Shown here: piece by piece, positions 11,885-23,824 of the stretch | How positions within the stretch are numbered: the first letter of the stretch is position 1 | How the letters are laid out: every line of letters begins with the position of its first letter | Source: Squalus acanthias | Taxonomy: Eukaryota | DNA: 64,000 nt | Reading direction: 5' to 3' | Assembly: GCA_030390025.1 (NCBI GenBank) | Contig: CM059432.1 | Location: forward strand, 57,166,001 to 57,230,000 | Position numbers and translations under genes: made by a program | Notes under the pieces: model-generated | What the model was told of the DNA's origin: nothing | What the model saw: only the letters and a program-made list of their open reading frames with translations | Databases searched by the model: none

Positions 11885-13826
11885 AGAGTGTCTGACTAAC
11901 TTGATTGAATTCTTTGATGAGGTGACAGAGAAGGTTGATCTAGGTACTGCAGTAGATGTTGTTTTTATGGACTTTCAGAAGGCATTCAACAAAGTGCCAC
12001 ACAGGAAGCTTATTAAGAAGCTGGAAGCCCATGGAATTAGAGGAAAGTGGCAGGATGGATACAAAATTGGCTCAGTGACAGGAAGCAAAGGGTGGTGGTG
12101 GATGGAGGTTTTTCAGACTGTGAGGTGGTTTGCAGTGGTGTTCCCCAAGGGTTATTTTTGGGTCCATTACTTTTTACATAAGAACATAGGAACATAAGAA
12201 ATAGGAGCAGGAGTAGGCCATTTGGCCCCTCGAGCCTGTTCCGCCATTCAATAAGATCATGGCTGGTCTGATCTTGGCCTCAACTCCACTTTCCTGCCTG
12301 CTCCCCATAACCTTTGACTCCCCTATAGTTCAAAGATCTGTCTATCTCCACCTTAAATATATTCAATGACCCAGCCTCCACAGCTCTCCGGGGTAGAGAA
12401 TTCCAAAGATTCACAAACCTCTGAGAGAAGAAATTTCTCCTCATCTCTGTTTTAAATGGGCGACCCCTTATTCTGAAACTATGCCCCCTAGTTCTAGATT
12501 CCCCCATGAGGGGAAACATTCTCTCTGCATCCAACCCGCCAATCCCCCTCAAATTCTTATATGTTTCAATAAGATCACCTCTCATTCTTCTAAACTCCAA
12601 TGAGTATAGGCCCAACCTGCTCAACCTTTCTTCATAAGACAACCCCATCATCTCAGGAATCAATCTAGTGAACCTTCTCTGAACTGCCTCCAATGCAAAT
12701 ATATCCCTCCTTAAATAAGGAGACCAAAACTGTACGCAGTACTCCAGGTGTGGTCTCACCAGCGTCCTGTACAGTTGTAGCAGGACTTCCCTAATTTTAT
12801 ACTCCATCCCCCTTACAATAAAGGCCAACATTCAATTTGCCTTCCTAATTACTTGCTGTACCTGCATGCTAACTTTTTGTGTTTTTTTTCCAATTTTTAT
12901 GAACGACCTAGACTCGGGTGTAGGGAGCAGCATTATAAAGTTTGCAGATGATACAAAACTTGGTTAAGTAGTAGATAGTGATAAGGATCGTTATAGGCTT
13001 CAGGATGGTGAAAAGGGCAGAAGCATGTCAGATGAAGTTCAACGCAGAGAAGTGTGAAGTGATGGACTTTGGGAGACAGTATACTATAAATGGCATGATT
13101 TTGAAAGTGTCGATGAGCAGAGAGACCTCGATGTTCATATCCAAAAATCCTTAAAGTGTGCACAGCATGTAGACAAGGTGGGAAAAAAAGCATATGGGTT
13201 TCTTGGGTTTATAAATAGAGGAATAGAATCTTAAAGCAAGGAGATCATGCTAGAACTTTATAAATCACTGGTTAGGCCTCAGCTGGAGTATTGTGGACAA
13301 TTCTAGACACCACACTTCAGGAAATATGTAAATGCCTTAGAAAGAGTACAAAGAAGGGTTACCAGGGATGAGGGACTTCAGTTATGAGGAGAGGTTGGAA
13401 ATGTTAGGACTGTTCTCCTTGGAACAGAAAAGGTTAAGTGGTGACCTAATAGAGGTTTTCAAGATGATGCGAGGTATTTATAGAGTAGACAGAGAAAAAA
13501 TATTCCCTGTGGCGAATAGTTCAATAACCAGAGGTCATAGATTTAAAATCATTAACAAAAGATCTAGCGGGGAAATCAGGAGAAACTTTTTCACTCTGAG
13601 AGTTGTCGGGATCTGGAACACTTTACGTCAAAAGGTGGTGGAAGCTGATTCCTTAATTAATTTTAAAAGTGAGTTGGACAGGTACTTGAGGATGAGGAAC
13701 TTACAGGGTTACGGACAAAAAATAAGGATGTGGGAGTTAGCATGACTGCTCTTTCAAAGAGCCGGCACAGGCACGATGGGCCAAATGGCCTCCTTCTGTG
13801 CTGTAAGTTTCTATGATTCTATGATT
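11885..13826 (+). mobile_element. CR1 LINE RT/3' portion, decayed, interrupted by another CR1
   Basis: CLTNLIEFFDEVT...MDFQKAF; aagtttgcagatgataca (KFADDT) at ~12940; (tctatgat) tail at ~13810-13826. Confidence 0.88.
12176..12883 (-). mobile_element. CR1 3' fragment nested antisense in the RT of the host CR1
   Basis: ORF 12280..12831 (LVRPHLEYCVQFWSP...). Tail acataagaacatagg at the left end. The host frame GPLLF / IFMNDL is split around it. Confidence 0.88.
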
Positions 13827-13885
13827 GTATGAATATTAGGCACATGGAACAAGAGTATGTCACAATGTGCAATATTGACAGTAGT

Positions 13886-15300
13886 GTGAGTCACATGGTG
13901 CAGTATCCTCTGGAGTGAGTCACATGGTGCAGTATCCTCCGGAGTGAGTCACATGGTGCAGTATCCTCCGGAGTGAGTCACATGGTGCAGTATCCTCTGG
14001 AGTGAGTCACATGGTGCAGTATCCTCCGGAGTGAGTCACATGGTGCAGTATCCTCCGGAGTGAGTCACATGGTGCAGTGTCCTCCGGAGTGAGTCACATG
14101 GTGCCGTATCCTCCGGAGTGAGTCACATGGTGCAGTGTCCTCCGGAGTGAGTCACATGGTGCCGTATCCTCCGGAGTGAGTCACATGGTGCAGTGTCCTC
14201 CGGAGTGAGTCACATGGTGCAGTGTCCTCTGGAGTGAGTCACATGGTGCAGTATCCTCCGGAGTGAGTCACATGGTGCAGTATCCTTCGTAATGAGTCAC
14301 ATGGTGCAGTATCCTCCGGAGTGAGTCACATGGTGCAGTATCCTCCGGAGTGAGTCACATGGTGCAGTATCCTCCGGAGTGAGTCACATGGTGCGGTATC
14401 CTCCGGAGTGAGTCACATGGTGCAGTATCCTTCGGAGTGAGTCACATGGTGCGGTATCCTTCGGAGTGAGTCACATGGTGCAGTATCCCCCGGAGTGAGT
14501 CAGATGGTGCAGTATCCTCCGGAGTGAGTCACATGGTGCAGTATCCTCCGGAGTGAGTCACATGGTGCAGTATCCTCCGGAGTGAGTCACATGGTGCGGT
14601 ATCCTTCGGAGTGAGTCACATGGTGCAGTATCCTCCGGAGTGAGTCACATGGTGCGGTATCCTTCGGAGTGAGTCACATGGTGCGGTATCCTCCGGAGTG
14701 AGTCACATGGTGCAGTATCCTCCGGAGTGAGTCACATGGTGCGGTATCCTTCGGAGTGAGTCACATGGTGCAGTGTCCTCCGGAGTGAGTCACATGGTGC
14801 AGTATCCTCCGGAGTGAGTCACATGGTGCAGTGTCCTCCGGAGTGAGTCACATGGTGCGGTATCCTTCGGAGTGAGTCACATGGTGCAGTATCCTCCGGA
14901 GTGAGTCACATGGTGCGGTATCCTCCGGAGTGAGTCACATGGTGCAGTATCCTCCGGAGTGAGTCACATGGTGCGGTATCCTTCAGAGTGAGTCACATGG
15001 TGCAGTATCCTCAGGAGTGAGTCACATGGTGCCGTATTCTCCGGAGTGAGTCACATGGTGCAGTGTCCTCCGGAGTGAGTCACATGGTGCAGTGTCCTCC
15101 GGAGTGAGTCACATGGTGCAGTGTCCTCCGGAGTGAGTCACATGGTGCAGTATCCTCCGGAGTGAGTCACATGGTGCGGTATCCTCCGGAGTGAGTCACA
15201 TGGTGCAGTATCCTCCGGAGTGAGTCACATGGTGCAGTATCCTCCGGAGTGAGTCACATGGTGCAGTATCCTTCGTAATGAATCACATGGTGTAATATTC
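13886..15300. repeat. Homogeneous 29-bp minisatellite, ~49 units (gtgagtcacatggtgcagtatcctccgga)
   Basis: Unit starts at 13886, 13915 ... 15278, a span of exactly 48x29; only substitution variants seen. Confidence 0.97.
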
Positions 15301-15350
15301 ACAGCAGTGAAATTCAAATTGCGCGAAATCCACTGCAGTATGAGTCACAT

Positions 15351-17205
15351 ATGCATGCTAAACAGTGGAAGCAGCATGCTATAGACAGAGCTAAGCAATC
15401 TGACAATCAACGGATCAGATCAAAGCTCTGCAGTCCTGCCACATCCAGTCGTGAATGGTGGTGGACAATTAAACAACTAACGGGAGGAGGAGGCTCCATG
15501 AATATCCCCATCCTCAATGATGGCGGAGCCCAGCACTTGAGTGCAAAAGACAAGGCTGAAGCGTTTGCAACCATCTTCAGCCAGAAGGGCCGAGTGGATG
15601 ATCCATCTCGGCCTCCTCCTGAGGTCTCACCATCACAGGAGCCAGTCTTCATCCAATTTGATTCACTCCACGTGATATCAAGAAATGGCTGAGCTCACTG
15701 GATACAGCAAAGGCTACGGGCCCCGACTACATCCCGGCTGTCATGCTGAAGACTTGCGCCCCAGAACTAGCCATGCCTCTAGCCAAGCTGTTCCAATACA
15801 GCTACAATACTAGCATCTACCCAACAATGTGGAAAACTGCCCAGGTATGTCCTGTCCAGAATAAGTAGGACAAATCCAATCCGGCCAATTACCACTCCAT
15901 CGGTCTACTCTCAATCATCAGCAAAGTGATGGAAGGTGTCATCGAGAGTGCTATCAAGTGGCACTTACCAATAACCTGCTCACCGATGCTCAGTTTGGGT
16001 TCCGCCAGGACCACTCGGCTCCAGACCTCATTACAGCCTTGGTCCAAACATGGACAAAAGAGCTGAATTGAAGAGGTGAGGTGAGAGTGACTGCCCTTCA
16101 TATCAAGGCAGCATTTGACCTCAAGGGGAAAACTCTCCACTGGCTGGAGTTATACCTCGCACAAAGGAAGATGGTGTGGTTGTTGGAGGTTAATCATCTG
16201 AGCCCCAGGTCATCGCTGCAGGAGTTCCTCAGGGCAGTGCCCTAGGCCCAACCATCTTCAGTTGCTTCATCAATGACCTTCCCTCCATCAGAAGTGGGGA
16301 TGTTCACTGATGACTGCATAGTGTTCAGTTCAATTCGCAAATCCTCAGGTAACGAAGCAGTCCATGCATGCATGCAACAAGACCTGGACGACATTCAGGC
16401 TTGGGCTGATACGTGGCAAGTAACATTCGCGCCACACATGTGCCAGGCATTGACTATCTCCAACAAGAGAGAGTCGAACCACCACCCCTTGGCATTCAAC
16501 GGCATTACCATCGCTGAATCCCCAACCTTCAACATCCTGGGGGTCACCATTGACCAGAAACTTAACTGGACCAGCCACATAAATATAATGGCCACAAGAG
16601 CGGGTCAGAGGCTGGAATTTCTGCGGCGAGTGTCTCACCTCCTCACTCCCCAAAGTCTTTCCACCTTCTGCAAGGCGCAAGTAAGGAGTGTGATGGAATA
16701 CTCTCCACTTGCCTGGATGAGTGCAGCTCCAACAACACTCAAGAAGCTCGACACCATCCAGGACAAAGCAGCCCGTTTGATTGGCACCCCATCCAGCACC
16801 TTAAACATTCACTCCCTCCACCACCAGCGCACCGTGGCTGCAGTATGTACCATCTACAAGATGCACTGCAGCAACTTGCCAAGGCTTCTTCGACAGCATC
16901 TCCCAAACCCGCGACCTCTTCCACCTAGAAGGACAAGGGCAGCAGGCGCATGGGAACACCACCACCTCCAAGTTCCCCTCCAAGTCACACACCATCCTGA
17001 CTTGGAAATATATCGCCGATCCTTCATCGTCGCTGGGTCAAAATCCTGGAACTCCCTCCCTGACAGCACTGTGGGAGTACCTTCACCACACGGACTGCAG
17101 CGGTTCAAGGCGGCGGCTCACCACCACCTTCTCAAGGGCAATTAGGGATGGGCAATAAAGGCTGGCCTTGACAGCGACGCCCACATCCCATGAATGAATA
17201 ACAAA
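15351..17205 (+). mobile_element. Non-LTR retrotransposon, CR1-group family distinct from the main CR1s (Zenon/Crack-like by inference), 5'-truncated
   Basis: GVPQGS at ~16220; MFTDDC in the RT catalytic position; KAQVRSVMEYSPLAW; 3' hairpin with AATAAA and an (atga) tail. Related copies at 32340 and 63196. Confidence 0.85.
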
Positions 17206-17370
17206 ACATCTTCACTGCAATGTGAGACATATGATGAAATATTTACATCAGTGTGTGTCATAGTGCAACATGCACTATAGTATGAGGCACATACTGCATT
17301 ATCTACTTCAATGTGAGAGGCACAGTCAATATCTACTGCAGTGTAAGCTACATGGTTCAATATCATGTAG
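17206..17370. repeat. Degenerate ~31-bp satellite, right-hand remnant
   Basis: Units such as caatatctactgcagtgtaagctacatggttcaatatc. Confidence 0.65.
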
Positions 17371-17629
17371 CCCCAGATGGAATGCTTGTCTTATATTTAT
17401 AGGTGCATTACATTCATTCATGTATTTATACATCTAGGAACTTGCCACTCAGTATTAAACTTCCAATTTTATTCAATTGCTATGTAATTAGCAATATTAT
17501 AAATAATAACCTGTTTCATAATATATGCTACAAAGCAGTTAAACATTCTTTGATATAGTTGCTGATCAACTGCTTTTTCTTCAGTCTTGGTTCTCTGTTA
17601 CCATCAATCTGTTACTCCCTCATTGTATC

Positions 17630-19130
17630 CATCATTGAAAAGATGGGTTTTGAGAAGGTTTATAAAGGTACAGAGAGAAGTGGGGAGATGTAGGGGTTTA
17701 GGCAGGCGGTTCCAGAGAGTGGGATCAAAGGCAATTGAACTCTGTCACTGATAGTGGACGAAGGGAGGGGGGCTGCACAAAAGGCCAGAATAAGAGGAGC
17801 AAAGGATACAGCGGGGCGGGGGGGCGGGGGGGAGTATGGCTGGAGTGGGTTGCTAAGATAGACTGGGGTGAGTTCTTGGAGAGATTTCAGGATGAAGTTT
17901 TTAAATTTAATACATTGAGCATAGGGAGCTAATGCAGGAGCCAGGATGGAGGCTGGGATGCCAGCAAAGAGGACTGAGCAGAAATTGAGCTTAGAGATGA
18001 GCAGTGGCAGTGGGTGAGGTAAGGGTGGAGGCAGGCAATGTTGCAGAGGTGGAAGCAATCAGTCCTAGTAATAGATAGGAGGTGTGAAGCTCAGCTCTTG
18101 GTTTAACAGAGTTTCACATGGTCCGGTTTAACTTGAGCAAGTGACCAGCAAGGGGGCTACAGTTTGTGGCTAGGGAATTAAATTTATAGCAGGGACTGAA
18201 AATAGCAGCTTCCACCTTTCTAATGTTCAGTTGGAGGAAATTTTGACAGCACATTTGGTCAGGGCAAATAATGGAGCTGGGTGTCATCAGCATACATATG
18301 GAAGCTGACTCCCATGTATGGTGGTGGTTAGTGGATGTAGATGAGGAAGAGGAGGAACTGTGGGATAAATCCTATGGGAACTCCAGAACTGATGATGTGC
18401 GAGCAGAAAGAGAAGGTATTAATGGAAATACATTGGCTGCATTGAGACAAGCAGGAATAATGGAAGAGAATGCATGATATGGCATTGAATGCTAAAGAGA
18501 GAATGGGATGAACAAGGAAGCACCACAGTTGGTCAAAATCATTCCTGATTTTGGCCAGGGCAAGCTCAATGCTGTGAACAGGGCTGAGCTGAACTGGAGA
18601 ATTCAAATTGTGACTGATAGACATTGATCTGGAAGGTGACAACACATTGGGGGACCTTAGAAAAGAAATGGAGATTAGAGTTGGGGCAGTAGTTGGAGTG
18701 AACTAGTGGGTTGAGAGTAAGCTTTTTGAGGACTATGTCACAACAACGGTTTTGAATAATAGAAGGATGGTGCCTAAACAAAGGCAGCCAAGTTGAGAGT
18801 CAGTAGTTGACTGGGAGGGATCAAGGCAGCCAGAGGTGGTTTCCATGGAAAAGATGGCTTAGAGGGAGACAGGTAAGGAGATGAGAAAGTAACTGAAGAG
18901 TGAGGGGGATGGCGGGTAGGGTGGGTGGGAGATTCGGGACATCAGGGACATCAGGAACAACGGGAAAGATGGGGCAGATGCAGGCGCATGGATATTCTCA
19001 AACCTAGGGACAACGACTTCTGTGAGCTCTTTACACGTCATATTAGAAGTGCGGGATGAGGGATGGAGGAAAAAGGGTTCAGCAGGCTCTTCATAAGCAA
19101 GAAAAGGCACCATCTTTTGCTTCTGGGATA
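17630..19130 (-). mobile_element. Old L2-type LINE, highly decayed
   Basis: Minus strand 18274-18303 encodes FHMYADDTQL. SNYCPNSNLHFFSKV (NYRPISNLPFLSK-like) near 18650-18710. L2-like C-terminus in ORF 17660..18058. Confidence 0.75.
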
Positions 19131-20659
19131 GTCGTGGTGTACTAGGAGGACTTGACTGAGGAGAGTGAGACCTGGCAATGCTGAGCCAGATCTGGCAACA
19201 AATGACCAGACCAGTATTTATGTGACTTGTAAATAAATCTGACTATTATTTTTAGCTGGAATGTAACAGTCCTTTGTATGGTACTTACTGCCTTTCAGAG
19301 TAGACAGGAGAATATGATGGGTATTGTACCTGGTTTCTAATGCAACATACCACAGTTAATGGGTAATTGTTAGTCTCATGGTGTGCTATTCCACTCAGAG
19401 AATGCCTTAGGGTGCAGGTTTTGGTTCAGAGGAGACTCAGTTTGCTTCTGGAAACTGTCTATTTGTTGTGAACACCATTTCAGTATTAATAGAAAGTCCC
19501 AAACATAATGCCGCAACAAGTAACTTTTTAAAAATTACATCCCATGTATGATGCTGAAAAAATTATACATCTTGTTTCATGTATAGCCTGTCTGGAATTT
19601 GAAGTTAAATATTTGCTATTTTTTGATCAATCTCGGGCTTCTTGCTGGTTTTAGTGCCGTGCCCACAGAAGCGTGCTATGCTGCTTTACCTTCACATGAT
19701 TAACAATATTACTGCATGTGGAATTGATACTTCAAGATGTGAATAGCAAAACATATGTTGCACACTTATGGAAAACAATCAGATGGGACGTAGTTATATT
19801 GAGTTAACAAAAACTATCTGATTTAGCCAATTCAACACTTCTTCCTTCGTGTTGCTTTATGAGGAGTACTGATTGCCAAATTGATTAGCACTTAAAAAAG
19901 GAAACAGCTTGGACATGAAGAATGTCCCCTGGGGTAAAACATTACAGTGTTATCAGTTTCTGTGGAACTCAGCCTTAGCATGAATTGACACCTTCAAGAC
20001 AGGCGTGAGAAATAGGGAGGGAAAAAGGAAAAACTGAGGAGAGATCAGGACAGACATAATGGCACGTAGGAAGATAGTAAGATGGTAAAACTGTGTGAGC
20101 CACCACTTTGCATCTAAAATATTTTATTCCAGAGGAATAATAAGTGGCTGCTTCTTAACACAATATGTGAAGCAGATGCTGCAGTTGCTTTGGTACTAAC
20201 CAATTAAATGGAAATTATTGGTAGCCTCCCCAACCAGCTCTGCACAGTTTCGTTTTGTGTATGCACAAATAAAACTTTCTGAAGGTAGCAAGTGTTGATT
20301 GTTGTCATTTAACAGTCTAATGAACAATTATGTAATTTCATGTCACATCATGATCGAATCTTAAAGGGCCAATGTGCTATTAAATACAAAAGTTATTGTA
20401 TTGCATTTTATTTGAATTCTTTGTTGCCCTCTCATGTTGTGTATCAGTTTTTAATTATTGCAATGAAAGCCTACCTGTTTTGTTTACCAGTTGAGGTATT
20501 ACTATGTCCCTTTAAGATGTGATTCAGTGAAGGTCATAGATTTCAGACCACATGTATTTTTTCCTTCTACTTTGAATCCTGATTAACTGAAGGTAACATT
20601 GGCATTACAGGATAATGTTTTGTGAAATAGCAGAATCTTCTCCTAATACCTATATATGA

Positions 20660-20820
20660 TAAAACAAAAGCAAAATGTGGCAGATGCCATAAATCCCCTG
20701 AAATAAAAACATTTGGGTCGATGAACCGACGAAAGGTCATCGACCAGAAATGTTAACTCTTTCTCTCTCCATAGATGCTGCCTGACTTGCTGTGTATTTC
20801 CAGCATTTTCTGATTTTATT
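20660..20820. mobile_element. Short Penelope-terminus-derived element with inverted arms
   Basis: The right part matches the Penelope 3' terminus at 28540-28640; the left part is the reverse complement of the same terminal region. Confidence 0.7.
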
Positions 20821-20893
20821 ACCTATATAAGATAGTTCTTCCTAGCAATTAACCTAATATTCAAATATCACTGCGATTAGTCATAGAGTCATA

Positions 20894-21568
20894 GGGCTGG
20901 ATTTTCATTGACCCGTGGAGGCGGGTTTGGAGGCGTGTGGGGGGTTAAAATTGCGAAAACTGGCGGGCGGGCGCAAGCCCGCCTCCATCCCGCCTCCACG
21001 CAATTTTCATTAATTCGTGTCTGCTGGTCCCGACTCTGTCCCGCCTCTAAGAGGCGGGATAGGCTGTTAAGGCCCTTAACAAGCACTAAATTGCCTCTAT
21101 AATGCCATTTTGAAAGGCCTTTGTGATTTTAACCCTTTTTTTACGTGAAGCACGCCTGTTCTGAACCACGAATGTGAAACCTGGCGGGAGCACATTTGGA
21201 TAGCTGACTATGGCTGGCTGGCCGGCCGGCCTGGGAGTGGTGGTGCAAGGGAGACATATCTGGGAGTGGTGGTACAAAAATATCTGGGAGCAGACTTAGG
21301 GCTGCTGCTGCTCATTTTGCATCCAGGTCCTCTCACAGCGAAGGCCAGGCAGTCTTTGCAGACCTTCAATGCAGCAGCAATGATGACATCATCAGAGGCG
21401 ACTTTCAGACTGAAAACACTAATTGGGTCATGGGTTCCCACATGCTGGAACTCAATTGCCCAATTAGGTGAAAATCGCATCAATCTCCCACATCCAATTG
21501 CAGTCGGGTGGATAACACGAAAAGTGGATAACACGACCCCAACCCGCCCCAGTATCAAAATCCAGCCC
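20894..21568. mobile_element. Harbinger-type non-autonomous element (MITE) inserted in a CR1 3' tail
   Basis: TIRs gggctggatttt / aaaatccagccc; ATA duplicated at 20891-20893 and 21569-21571; the flanks rejoin into the (tcatagag)n CR1 tail. Confidence 0.88.
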
Positions 21569-22452
21569 ATAGAGTTATACAGCACAGAAAGAGGCCCTTC
21601 GGCCCATCGTGTCTGCGCCGGCCATCAAGCCTTATCTATACAAATCCCATTTTCCAGCACTTGGTCCGTAGCCTTGTGGCGTTTCAAGTGCTCATCTAAA
21701 TGCTTATTGAATGTTATGAGGGTTCCTGCCTCTACCACCCTTTTAGGCAGTGAGTTCCAGATTCCAACCACCCTCTGGGTGAAAAAGTTTTTCCTCAAAT
21801 CCCCTCTAAACCTCCTGCCCCTTACCTTGAAACTATGCCCCCTTGTTATTGACCCCTCTACTAAGGGGAAAAGTTCCTTTCTATCTACCCTATCTATGCC
21901 CCTCATAATTTTGTACACCTCAATCAGGTCCCCCTCAGCCTTCTCTGCTCTAAGGAAAACAACTCCAGCCTGTCCAGTCTCTCTTCATAGCTGAAGTGCT
22001 CCAGCCCAGGTAACAACCTGGTGAATCTCCTCTGCGACCAGAACTGCACACAGTATTCCAGCTGTGGCCTAACTAGCATTTTGTACAGCTCCATCATAAC
22101 CTCCCTGCTCTTATATTCTATGCCTCGGCTAATGAAGGCAAGTATCCCATATGTCTTTTTAACTGCCTTATCTGCCTGTCCTGCTGCCTTCAGGGATCTA
22201 TGTACATGCACACCAAGGTCCCTCTGATCCTCTGTCCTTCCTAGGGTCCTACCATTCATTGTGTATTCCCTTGCCTTGTTAGTCCTCCCAAAATGCATAA
22301 CCTCACACTTTTCAGGGTTAAATTCCATTTGCCACTGTTCTACCCATCTGACCAACCCGTCTATATCGTCCTGTAGCCTGAGGCTTCCCTCCTCGCTATT
22401 TACCACTCCACCAATTTTTGTGTCATCTGCGAACTTACTGATCATACCTCCT
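21569..22452 (-). mobile_element. 5'-truncated CR1, same subfamily as 4034..5875
   Basis: ORFs 21924..22490 (ISKFADDTKIGGVVNSEEGS) and 21625..21918 are near-identical to the 4034..5875 protein. Confidence 0.9.
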
Positions 22453-22529
22453 AGGGTCAAAGTAGTCTTGGCAAAGTCTGGGTTTTTCATTGGGTCAGTT
22501 GCTTTTACTGGCGTAGGGGGATACTGTTA

Positions 22530-23824
22530 CGTTCTCTCCGATCCAACCCTAACATTGTCATTAAACCTGCTGACAAGGGTGGTGCTGTTGTTTGGCGAAC
22601 CGACCTCTACTGTGCGGAGGCTGAACGCCAACTCTCTGACACCTCCTCCTATCTCCCCCTGGAACATGACCCCACTACCAAACATCAAGCCATTGTTTCC
22701 AAGACTGTCACTGACCTCATCTCCTCTGGAGATCTTCCCTCCATGGCTGTCAACCTCATAGTCCTCAACCCCGCATAGCCCACTTCTACCTCCTTCCCAA
22801 GATCCACAAACAGGGCTGCCCTGGTAGACCCATCGTTTCTGCCTGTTCTTGCCCCACGGAACTGATTTCTTCCTACCTCGACTCTATTTTTTCTCCCCTT
22901 GTCCAGTCTCTTCCCACCTACATTCGTGACTGTTCCGACGCCCTCCGCCACTTTAACAGTTTCCAGTTTCCTAGCCCCAACCGTTTCCTTTTCACTGTGG
23001 ACGTCCAACCCCTCTACACCTCCATCCCCCACACCAGGACGGCCAGAAGGTGCTCCGCTTCTTCCTTGAACAGAGGCCCAACCAGTCCCCATCCACCACC
23101 ACCCTCCTCCGCCTGGCTGAACTTGTTCTCACATTGAACAACTTCTCCTTTGACTCCACTCACTTCCTCCAAATTAAAGTTGTCGCTATGGGAACCCGCA
23201 TGGGTCTTAGCTATGCCTGCCTTTTCGTGGGATATGTGGAATATTCTTTGTTCCAGTCCTACTCAGGTCCCCTCCCTCAACTCTATTTCCGGTACATTGA
23301 TGACTGTATCGGTGGCATTTCCTGCTCTCGCCCTGAACTAGAAAATTTCGTTCACTTCGCTTCCAATTTCCACCCTTCCCTCACCTTCACATGGTCCATC
23401 TCCGACTCTTCCCTTCCTCGACTTCTCTGTCTCCATTTCTGGGGATAGGCTATTGACAAACATTCACTATAAGCCACAGCTACCTGGACTACACTTCCTC
23501 CCACCCCGCTTCCTGTAAGGACTCTATTCCATTCTCCCACTTTCTCCGTCTCCGCCACATCTGCTCTGACGATGCCACCTTCCATACCAGTGCTTCCGAT
23601 TTGTCTTCCTTTTTCCTCAACCGAGGATTCCCCTCTACCATGGTTGACATGGCCGTTGACCATGTCCGTTCTCTTTCCCGCACTTCTGCTCTCATCCCTT
23701 CCCCTCCCTCCCAGAACCACAATAGAGTTCCCCTTGTCCTCACCTTTCACCCACCAGCCTCCACATTTAACGGATCATCCTCCACTATTTCTGCCCACCT
23801 CCAGCGTGATCCCACCACCAAACA
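22530..23824 (+). mobile_element. Penelope-like element, RT portion (left part), decayed
   Basis: IKPADKGGAVV, FYLLPKIHK, GRPIVS, AMGTRMG, FRYIDD: a Penelope-type RT motif series. Confidence 0.88.

Noticed and set aside
13886..15300. CRISPR array
   Set aside because: The 29-bp units are head-to-tail with no unique spacers; no cas genes; vertebrate context.
18990..20650. Possible exons or conserved elements in AT-rich unique sequence
   Set aside because: No recognisable ORF, splice pattern or motif that I can support without an alignment.
21266..21994. 242-aa plus-strand ORF
   Set aside because: Chance fusion of MITE sequence with the antisense strand of a CR1 3' end.
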